Shown here: positions 46,264 through 52,540 of the stretch, one piece after another
Numbering within the stretch: position 1 is the first letter of the stretch
Layout of the letters: each line of letters begins with the position of its first letter
DNA from: Gaiellaceae bacterium
GTDB taxonomy: Bacteria; Actinomycetota; Thermoleophilia; Gaiellales; Gaiellaceae
Assembly: GCA_041499745.1 (NCBI GenBank)
Contig: JBGQKY010000001.1
Location: forward strand, 1-52,540
Length of the DNA stretch: 52,540 nucleotides
Reading direction: 5' to 3'
The notes under the pieces: generated by a model
What the model was told of the DNA's origin: nothing
Databases searched by the model: none
The model's input: the letters and a program-made list of their open reading frames with translations, nothing else
Position numbers and translations under genes: made by a program

Positions 46264-46610
46264 CCGACTTCCACCTCCTCCAGGCTGAGACCTGTTCTCG
46301 AGTGCAGGACGTTGAAGACGGGCGTCGTCCACACGAGCCCATCACCTGATTCGTTGCCGCTGCGCGCGGCGGCCGAGATCGCCGCGACGACCGCGTCGGC
46401 CTTCTCGTCGTCGACGACGAAGACGAGCAGCGCCTTCGGGAGGAAGCGCGACTCGAACACGCGGCCGCGGTACTCGTGCGTGACCCCACGCTGGCGCCCG
46501 TGCCCGACCGCCTCGATCACCGTGACCCCGACGTGACCCGTCTCCTCCTCGACGGCGTCGATCACGGTCTCGATCCTCTCGCGTATGACAACTGCCTCCA
46601 CCTTCGTCAT
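46260..46610 (-). CDS. P-II family nitrogen regulatory protein (divergent GlnK/GlnB-like)
   Basis: MTKVEAVVIRERIETVIDAV..VTVIEAVGHGRQRGVTHEYRGRVFESRFLPKALLVFVV..GDGLVW... T-loop Tyr retained. GGAGG sits 7 nt upstream of ATG 46610. Confidence 0.7.
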   Translation of the reverse strand: MTKVEAVVIRERIETVIDAVEEETGHVGVTVIEAVGHGRQRGVTHEYRGRVFESRFLPKALLVFVVDDEKADAVVAAISAAARSGNESGDGLVWTTPVFNVLHSRTGLSLEEVEVG

Positions 46611-47089
46611 CAATTCACCTCCGAGCGTCGTTCCAGCAACAACACGTCACGCCAAGTGCCGTCGAGCTCGCCGATGCGCTCGCGCACGCCGACGAGCCGG
46701 AAGCCGCAGCCGAGATGCAGCCGCAGGCTCGCTTTGTTCTCCGGGAAGATTCCGGCCTGCAACGTCCAGATGCCCGCGGCCTCGGCCAGCGAGATCAGTG
46801 CTTCGAGCAACCCGCGCCCGACGCCCCGTCCCTGCGCCCACGAGGCGACGTAGACGCTGTCCTCGGCCACTCCTCTGTAGCAGCAGCGATCCGAGTAGGC
46901 CACCAGTGCCGCCCAGCCGGCCACCTTGCCGTCCAGCTCCGCGACCAGGCGGTGCTCCGAGTGCGTCGCGTCCCACCACTCCCACGACGGCACGCCGGTC
47001 TCGAACGTCGCGTTGCCTGTCCGGATCCCGTCCTCGTAGATCCCGGCAACCTCCGGCCAATCCAGTGACCGGAGGCTGCGGATCTCCAT
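46610..47089 (-). CDS. GNAT N-acetyltransferase, phosphinothricin / methionine-sulfoximine acetyltransferase-like
   Basis: MEIRSLRSLDWPEVAGIYEDGIRTGNATFE..VYVASWAQGRGVGRGLLEALI..GIWTLQAGIFPENKASLRLHLGCGFRLVGVRERIG. Start is ATG 47089 or TTG 47107. Confidence 0.7.
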   Translation of the reverse strand: MEIRSLRSLDWPEVAGIYEDGIRTGNATFETGVPSWEWWDATHSEHRLVAELDGKVAGWAALVAYSDRCCYRGVAEDSVYVASWAQGRGVGRGLLEALISLAEAAGIWTLQAGIFPENKASLRLHLGCGFRLVGVRERIGELDGTWRDVLLLERRSEVN

Positions 47090-47111
47090 TCGCGTGAGTG
47101 TCGTCAACGCA

Positions 47112-48551
47112 CTAGGCGTCGTAGTAGAGGGCGAACTCGATGGGATGCGGGCGCAGCCGCACCGGATCGACGTCGTGCTCGCGCTTCCAGCCGATCCAGG
47201 TCCTGATCAGCTCCTCGCTGAACACGCCGCCCTTCAGCAGGAACTCGTGGTCGGCCTCGAGCGCGTCGAGCGCCTCCGAGAGCGAGCCGGGCACCTGCTT
47301 CACGCCGCGGTCGTCCTCGAAGAGGTCGAAGTCCGACGGCTCGCCGGGATCGAGACCGCGCTCGATCCCGTCGAGACCCGCCATCAGCATCGCCGAGAAC
47401 GCGAGGTAGGGGTTCGCGGTCGGGTCGGGGCAGCGGAACTCGATGCGCTTCGCCTTCGGCGACTCGCTGTACGTCGGGATGCGGATGCACGCGCTGCGGT
47501 TGCGCGACGAGTACGCGAGGTTGACCGGAGCCTCGTAGCCGGGAACGAGCCGGCGGTACGAGTTCGTCGTCGGCGCGCAGAGCGCGAGCAGCGCGGGCGC
47601 GTGCTCGAGCAGGCCGGCGATGTATCCGCGCGCGAGCTGCGACAGCCCGGCAGGGCCGGACTTGTCGGCGAAGAGCGGCGTGCCTTCCTTCCACAGCGAC
47701 TGATGGCAGTGCATGCCCGAGCCGTTGTCGCCGAAGATCGGCTTCGGCATGAACGTCGCCGACTTCCCGGCGGCGCGCGCCTCGTTTCTGATCACGTACT
47801 TGTAGAGCAGCACCTGATCGGCCATGCGCGTGAGGCTCTGGTAGCGCAGGTCGATCTCGCACTGTCCGGCGGACGCGACCTCGTGGTGGTGGAACTCGCA
47901 CTGCACGCCGAGCCGCTCGAGCGTCAGCACCATGCGCGTGCGCAGGTCGCTCAGCGTGTCGTGCGGCGCCGGCGGGAAGTACCCGTGCTTCTCGCGGATC
48001 GTGTAGCCGAGACCCGGATCGCCGGAGTTCCAGTGGCCCTCGGCGGAGTCGACCTTGTAGCGAGCCTCGTTCGGGCCGCTCGTGTACGAGACCTCGTCGA
48101 AGACGAAGAACTCGCACTCGGGGCCGACGTAGCACGTGTCGGCGATCCCGGTCGAGCGCAGGTACTCCTCGGCACGTTTGGCGACCCGGCGCGGATCCTT
48201 GTTGTACGGCGCGAGCGTCACGGGCTCGGCGATCTCGCACAGGAGCGAGAGCGTCGGCACCTCGGTGAACGGGTCGAGGATGGCCGACGAGGCGTCCGGC
48301 ATCAGGATCATGTCGCTCTCCTCGATCCCCTGCCAGCCGCGGATCGACGAGCCGTCGAAGCCGAGCCCCTCGTCGAACGCGGACTCGTCGAGCGAGCCGA
48401 CGGGCAGCGTCACGTGCTGCCAGGCGCCGAGCAGGTCGCAGAACTTCAAGTCGACCATCGCCGCGCTCGTCTCGCGCGACCACTCGAGCGCTGCGCGGGG
48501 CTCGACGTCCCCTTCAAGATAGTGCCGGAGCTCCTTCTCGATCTCTGTCAT
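47112..48551 (-). CDS. glnA: Glutamine synthetase type I
   Basis: ATG at 48551 after GAGAGGAAG. ..[84 protein letters not shown].. The segment aligned to the enterobacterial adenylylation site reads DFDLFE (no Tyr). Confidence 0.9.
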   Translation of the reverse strand: MTEIEKELRHYLEGDVEPRAALEWSRETSAAMVDLKFCDLLGAWQHVTLPVGSLDESAFDEGLGFDGSSIRGWQGIEESDMILMPDASSAILDPFTEVPTLSLLCEIAEPVTLAPYNKDPRRVAKRAEEYLRSTGIADTCYVGPECEFFVFDEVSYTSGPNEARYKVDSAEGHWNSGDPGLGYTIREKHGYFPPAPHDTLSDLRTRMVLTLERLGVQCEFHHHEVASAGQCEIDLRYQSLTRMADQVLLYKYVIRNEARAAGKSATFMPKPIFGDNGSGMHCHQSLWKEGTPLFADKSGPAGLSQLARGYIAGLLEHAPALLALCAPTTNSYRRLVPGYEAPVNLAYSSRNRSACIRIPTYSESPKAKRIEFRCPDPTANPYLAFSAMLMAGLDGIERGLDPGEPSDFDLFEDDRGVKQVPGSLSEALDALEADHEFLLKGGVFSEELIRTWIGWKREHDVDPVRLRPHPIEFALYYDA

Positions 48552-48576
48552 TGCCGCTTCCTCTCTCATGCCGGAC

Positions 48577-48628
48577 CACAAAAAAAGACCCCACGACACG
48601 CACGTGAAACTGCGCGTCGTGAGGCCCC
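48577..48628 (-). terminator. Canonical intrinsic terminator 28 nt upstream of the glnA start codon
   Basis: The minus strand reads CCUCACGACGCGC-aguuucacgu-GCGUGUCGUGGGG (13 bp, two G-U pairs), then UCUUUUUUUGUG. Confidence 0.7.
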
Positions 48629-48712
48629 ATTGCCTCGGCGCCCGCCGGCTTCGGCGGACGTCCTGAGCGAGACCTTAGCGGGGGCCGCGGACGAACCGCA
48701 ACCCCCAGTTGT

Positions 48713-49351
48713 TCAGTTCGAGCGGTGGGGCGCGACGAGCGCCGCGGTGATCCCGAGCCCGATCAGCACGCTGCCGCCGAACCAGCGCTCCACCCTGTCG
48801 ATGAGCGGCGTCCCGCGGAGCCGGTCGGCGACGGTGCCGGCGACGAAGGCGTACAGGCTGTCGCTCGCGAGGCCGAGCCCGGCGAACGTGAGGCCGAGCA
48901 GCATGATCTGGAGCGAGACGTGGCCGGCGCCCACGTCGACGAACTGCGGGATGAACGCGAAGATGAACACGATCGTCTTCGGGTTGAGCAGGTTGACGAT
49001 GAGTCCCTGCCTGTAGAGCTCGCGTGCCGTTCGCGGAGGGCGCTCCTCGAGCCCGCCGCCGGCCTTCCGGGTGAGCAGCCGCCTGACGCCGAGATAGGCG
49101 AGATACGCGGCGCCGACGTAGCGGACGGCATCGAACGCGACGCGCGATGCGAGAATGAGCGACGAGAGCCCGATCGTCGCCATGGTGACGTGCACCACGG
49201 TGCCGGTCGTGATCCCGAGCACCGAAGCGAAGCCCGCCCGCTTGCCCTGGTCGATGCTTCGGCTGACGACATAGAGCACGGCCGGCCCCGGGATCGCGAG
49301 CAGCGCGAGGCACGTCACAATGAAGATCGCGTACGTCGAGAGCGACGGCAT
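48713..49351 (-). CDS. LysE/RhtB-family amino-acid exporter
   Basis: MPSLSTYAIFIVTCLALLAIPGPAVLYVVSRSI..GLIVNLLNPKTIVFIFAFIPQFV. Confidence 0.8.
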   Translation of the reverse strand: MPSLSTYAIFIVTCLALLAIPGPAVLYVVSRSIDQGKRAGFASVLGITTGTVVHVTMATIGLSSLILASRVAFDAVRYVGAAYLAYLGVRRLLTRKAGGGLEERPPRTARELYRQGLIVNLLNPKTIVFIFAFIPQFVDVGAGHVSLQIMLLGLTFAGLGLASDSLYAFVAGTVADRLRGTPLIDRVERWFGGSVLIGLGITAALVAPHRSN

Positions 49352-49356
49352 GACTC

Positions 49357-50280
49357 CTACGAACCGTACAGCGCTGCCAGATCTCGGCCCGTCGCTGCGA
49401 CCCGCTCGCGCAACTCCGCGGGCTCGAGCACCTCGACATGCGAGCCGAAGCGAAGCAGCTCGCGGTACGCGTCGCCGAGGTGCGAGAACGCAACGACGGC
49501 GCGGCCGTCCTCCTCGATGCGCGGCTCACCGGGAAGGAAGCGCCGCACCTCGTCGTCCACCCGGACCGTCACCTCCACCCGGGGCAGGGTCTGCTCGAAG
49601 TTCCGCGACCATTCCTCCCAGAAGCCGGCGAGCTCGAACGCGGCAGGACGCTCGAACGACTCCTCGAGCTGCCGCACGGACGCGACGCGTGAGACACGGT
49701 AGACGCGCATCCCGGCCGAGCGCCGCGCGACGAGATACCAGGCACCGCCCTTCAGCACGAGCCCGAGCGGGTCGACCGTCCGCTGGACGATGCGGCGTCC
49801 CTCTCGATAGCGAAGCCGGGCGCGGCGACCGCCCCAGACGGCCGTCGAGAGGGCGGGCAGGTGCGGGACGCGGTCCTCGGCGCGAAACCAGCCGCGCGTG
49901 TCGAGGTGGAAGAGCCTCGAGGCGCGCGTCGCGCGCTCCTGGAGCTCCTGAGGGAGCGCCGCGAGCAGCTTCAGGCGTGCCGTCGCGAGCTCGCCGCCGA
50001 GCCCGAGCTCCGCTGCGGGCCCGGAGATGCCCGTGGCGAAGAGGACCTCCGCCTCGTCGGCCGTCAGCCCCGTGAGGCGGGTGCGGTAGCCGCCCGCGAG
50101 CCGGTAGCCGCCCGCGGGGCCGCGCACGGCCTCCACGGGCACACCCGCGGCGGTGAGCGACTCGACGTCCCGGTGGACGGTGCGGATGGAGACGCCGAGC
50201 CGCTCGGCAATCTCGGCGGCCGTGAGCTGCCCTCGCGTCTGGAGCAGCAAGAGGAGCGACACAAGCCTTGTCGCGCGCAC
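49357..50280 (-). CDS. HTH plus WYL-domain transcriptional regulator (YafY-like)
   Basis: GTG at 50280. RATRLVSLLLLLQTRGQLTAAEIAERLGVSIRTVHRDVESL..AGVPV. and a WYL region ..RTVDPLGLVLKGGAWYLVA. Confidence 0.75.
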   Translation of the reverse strand: MRATRLVSLLLLLQTRGQLTAAEIAERLGVSIRTVHRDVESLTAAGVPVEAVRGPAGGYRLAGGYRTRLTGLTADEAEVLFATGISGPAAELGLGGELATARLKLLAALPQELQERATRASRLFHLDTRGWFRAEDRVPHLPALSTAVWGGRRARLRYREGRRIVQRTVDPLGLVLKGGAWYLVARRSAGMRVYRVSRVASVRQLEESFERPAAFELAGFWEEWSRNFEQTLPRVEVTVRVDDEVRRFLPGEPRIEEDGRAVVAFSHLGDAYRELLRFGSHVEVLEPAELRERVAATGRDLAALYGS

Positions 50281-50329
50281 TCCGTAAAGATGACAGAAGG
50301 TGTCCTCTTTGTCTGCGAGAGTCCCGGGC

Positions 50330-50779
50330 ATGAACATCTGGGATGACGCCTGGGGCGACCAGGACGAGGACTGGTCGGGCGGCGGCGGCAGGTCGAAGCG
50401 GCTTCCCCGCGCGGGCGAGCGCCCGGGGTTCGGCGTGACGCTCTACGAGCTCGACCCGGGAAACTTCATCGTCTACCACTTCCACCACGCCTGGGAGGAG
50501 CTGCTGATCGCGCTCCGCGGGCGCCCGACCGTGCGCACGCCGGAGGGCGAACGGCAGCTCGAGGAGGGCGAGTCCGTCTACTTCCCGCTCGGCTCCGAGG
50601 GAGCGCACGGCGTGAAGAACGAGACCGGCGAGCCACTGCGGATCCTCATGGTCTCCACCCTGAGCTCACCGGAGGTGTGCGAGTACCCGGACCTCAAGCA
50701 GATCACGGCGCAGGCGCGTACGAGCTCCCTGACCGGCGCCCGTTTATGGCTGATCCACGACGTGCAGGAGGAAGCATGA
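50330..50779 (+). CDS. Cupin-domain protein (paralogue 1)
   Basis: FGVTLYELDPGNFIVYHFHHAWEELLIALRG..GESVYFPLGSEGAHGVKN. Confidence 0.7.
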   Translation: MNIWDDAWGDQDEDWSGGGGRSKRLPRAGERPGFGVTLYELDPGNFIVYHFHHAWEELLIALRGRPTVRTPEGERQLEEGESVYFPLGSEGAHGVKNETGEPLRILMVSTLSSPEVCEYPDLKQITAQARTSSLTGARLWLIHDVQEEA

Positions 50780-50901
50780 GCGAACGGGATGAAGGGGCCA
50801 CCATCGTCGAGTTGCTGCTCCGCGAGCCCGAGATCGTCGCGTGGCTCGAGCCCCAATCGGATGACGACCCCGACGACGACGAGCCGCTGCGGGCGGCCTG
50901 A
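50776..50901 (+). CDS. Possible 41-aa acidic micro-protein between the two cupin genes
   Basis: MSERDEGATIVELLLREPEIVAWLEPQSDDDPDDDEPLRAA. ATGA overlap with the upstream cupin, GGAGGAAGC upstream, high GC3, and a stop 6 nt before the next ATG. Confidence 0.35.
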   Translation: MSERDEGATIVELLLREPEIVAWLEPQSDDDPDDDEPLRAA

Positions 50902-50907
50902 CGGCGG

Positions 50908-51378
50908 ATGAGCAGGCTCAACGTCTACGCAGACGAGCCGTGGGACATGAACGCGGAGAAGATGAAGATCCGCGGGCGCTTCCTCGGCATGCCGTCAGGG
51001 GCGAAGGACCTCGGCGCCACGGTCTACGAGCTGCTGCCCGGCTCGAACGGCTTCAACCTCCACGCGCACTACGGCATGGAGGAGATGTTCGTCGTACTGA
51101 GCGGCACGCCGACGCTTCGAACAGGCGACGGCGAAGAGGAGCTCGCGCCGGGCGACTTCGTGTTCATGCCGCGCGGCCCGGAAGGCCTGCACACGTTCAC
51201 GAACCCGACCGAGGAGCCGGCACGCATCCTCGCGTTCTCGACGCTTCCCATGCCCGAGGTCGTGCTCTACCCGGAGCTCGGCAAGGTCGGCGTCACCACC
51301 CGCAACCCGTTCGAGCCGGTGCCCGAAGGCGCGCACAAGGGGATCGTCGGGCTGTTCGACCTGCCCGCCGACGACTGA
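50908..51378 (+). CDS. Cupin-domain protein (paralogue 2)
   Basis: LGATVYELLPGSNGFNLHAHYGMEEMFVVLSG..GDFVFMPRGPEGLHTFTN. Same architecture as 50330-50779. Confidence 0.7.
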   Translation: MSRLNVYADEPWDMNAEKMKIRGRFLGMPSGAKDLGATVYELLPGSNGFNLHAHYGMEEMFVVLSGTPTLRTGDGEEELAPGDFVFMPRGPEGLHTFTNPTEEPARILAFSTLPMPEVVLYPELGKVGVTTRNPFEPVPEGAHKGIVGLFDLPADD

Positions 51379-51379
51379 T

Positions 51380-51408
51380 TTGACGTTGTGCGGTTAGACG
51401 CGTATCGT
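51380..51408 (+). promoter_or_regulatory. Sigma-70-like promoter candidate for the ABC transporter genes
   Basis: TTGACG (51380-51385) - 17 nt - TATCGT (51403-51408), in the 159-nt gap upstream of the ABC ATPase gene. Confidence 0.3.
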
Positions 51409-51537
51409 TCGGCGGCCATGTTGCGCTGGAACGTGATGGACAGGAAGAGCTTCCCGAGCGGCCGCTAGGGCCGTTCGCCGCCTCGCGCGAGCTCTCTCCC
51501 GTTCTCCGTTCCGCCTTTTCGTTCCAGAAGGAGCAGC

Positions 51538-52404
51538 ATGTCCACTCTCGCAGCAGCCAATTCCCCAGACATCTCCGTCCGCCGCGACGTCCCGGCGGTC
51601 GAGGTGACGAACCTCCGCAAGGAGTTCCGCCGGCGTGACAGGCGTGCGGGCCGCTTCGCGCGGCGCCGCATGCCCGCACTCTCCGACGTTACGTTCACGA
51701 TCGAGCGAGGCGAGTGCGTCGCGATCCTGGGCCAGAACGGCTCGGGGAAGTCGACGCTCGTCCGCCTGCTCTCGACGCTGCTGATCAACGACGGCGGCGA
51801 GGCCCGCATCTTCGGCCACGACGCGTTCCGCGAGTCGCGGGCGATCCGCAAGCTCGTGAACCGTGTCTCGGTCGAGGCGAGCTTCTTCAAGAAGATGTCG
51901 GCGTCCGAGAACCTCTCCTACGCCGCGCGCTTCTACGGCATGCCGCCGTCGGTGACCCGCAAGGCGATCCCTGAGATCCTCGCGAAGGTCGGCTTCCCGG
52001 CCGACCGCCGTAGCGAGGCGATGGAGAACCTCTCGCGCGGGATGCAGCAGAAGGTCGCACTCGCACGGGCGCTCTTGACGTCGCCCGTGTTGCTGCTGCT
52101 CGATGAGCCGACGACCGGCCTCGACCCGCGGTCGAAGCTCGAGGTGCAGGAGTTCATCAAGGACGTGCGCGCGACCCACGACGCGACGATCCTCCTCTGC
52201 ACGCACGACATGGCAGAGGCAGAAGTGCTCGCCGATCGCGTCGGTCTGCTCGATCGCGGCGAGCTGCTCTTCCTCGAGCCGGTTGCCGATGTGAAGCAAC
52301 GCTACGGCGTGCAGACGCTCGAGGAGGCGTTCTTCGCCGCGACCGGGCGCACCTTCGAGGAGGAGACCGACGAGGACGACGAGTACAGGGAGGTGTTCGC
52401 ATGA
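51538..52404 (+). CDS. ABC transporter ATP-binding protein (ABC-2 / DrrA-like exporter type)
   Basis: AAGGAG RBS. Walker A GQNGSGKSTL, signature LSRGMQQKVALA, Walker B LLLLDEPTTGLD. Acidic C-terminal tail. Confidence 0.8.
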   Translation: MSTLAAANSPDISVRRDVPAVEVTNLRKEFRRRDRRAGRFARRRMPALSDVTFTIERGECVAILGQNGSGKSTLVRLLSTLLINDGGEARIFGHDAFRESRAIRKLVNRVSVEASFFKKMSASENLSYAARFYGMPPSVTRKAIPEILAKVGFPADRRSEAMENLSRGMQQKVALARALLTSPVLLLLDEPTTGLDPRSKLEVQEFIKDVRATHDATILLCTHDMAEAEVLADRVGLLDRGELLFLEPVADVKQRYGVQTLEEAFFAATGRTFEEETDEDDEYREVFA

Positions 52405-52540
52405 CTGCTACCGGCGTAGGCTCGACGGAGCCGGCACAGAGCGGCGGGGGCGCCGGGGTGGGGGGCCGCGCGCGGCGGAGCGGGGCCCGGGGGAGAAAAC
52501 GGAGAGGGGGGGGGGGGGGGCGGGGGCGCGCCGGCCAAAA
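52401..52540 (+). other. Start of a downstream ORF (expected ABC-2 permease position) that runs into a low-quality G-rich contig end
   Basis: ATGA overlap with the ATPase stop, but the translation (..GGGAGVGGRARRSGARGRKRRGGGGGGGG..) is not membrane-like. The sequence ends in a G-homopolymer run. Confidence 0.2.

Noticed and set aside
48552-48712. Known glutamine riboswitch (glnA RNA motif) or T-box in the glnA leader.
   Set aside because: I could not find the conserved core sequences I remember for these families. Only the generic hairpin/terminator architecture is supported, and that is reported separately as an open question.
49357-50280. WYL-domain regulator as a possible marker of a phage-defence island.
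   Set aside because: Its neighbours are a LysE exporter, cupins and an ABC exporter. No nucleases, helicases, Cas, BREX/DISARM-type genes or mobile-element genes are present.
52440-52540. G-rich tract ending in a ~15-nt poly-G run at the right edge.
   Set aside because: It is most likely a low-quality or artefactual contig end. It destroys the expected ABC-2 permease reading frame (the translation becomes Gly/Arg-only). I do not interpret it as a G-quadruplex element or as biology.

Overview
This 52.5-kb window is very GC-rich (about 70% by eye, not computed) and looks like a complete metagenomic or draft contig. The left edge cuts into a gene, and the right edge decays into a poly-G run. 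All gene calls come from motif recognition in the supplied ORF translations; no database search was possible.

Gene content and synteny point to Actinomycetota. The conserved cell-wall and signalling cluster fhaA-fhaB-pstP-rodA-pbpA-pknB is present at 21156-28220 on the minus strand, extended here by ddl and flanked by two further Ser/Thr kinases. The class assignment (possibly Thermoleophilia or Rubrobacteria-like) is only a guess.

Most of the window is housekeeping:
- ettA, sufS-sufU plus a Rieske protein, tag, dcd, gabT, ddl
- a glnA / PAT-acetyltransferase / P-II / amt nitrogen operon
- a MarR-controlled yceI / FMN-reductase module
- an L,D-transpeptidase and a rhodanese

Genes are tightly packed, with many 4-nt start/stop overlaps (ATGA, GTGA).

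I saw no CRISPR array, tRNA, rRNA, transposase, integrase or prophage genes.

The most accessory-looking region is 34766-44742. It holds a LAL-type LuxR ATPase regulator and a small LuxR protein, facing a DUF1059-like mini-gene, a 1,362-aa secreted beta-helix / Ig-array protein, and a secreted metzincin. The two large proteins share a private C-terminal module.

Other items worth follow-up:
- a canonical intrinsic terminator inside the glnA leader
- a rodA gene that can only start at a CTG codon
- a structured 280-nt gene-free region that may be an ncRNA
- a cytochrome c / PHM-like copper monooxygenase fusion
- a cupin / micro-ORF / cupin operon next to a WYL regulator and an ABC exporter
- a frame-disrupted STAND/TPR regulator at the left edge
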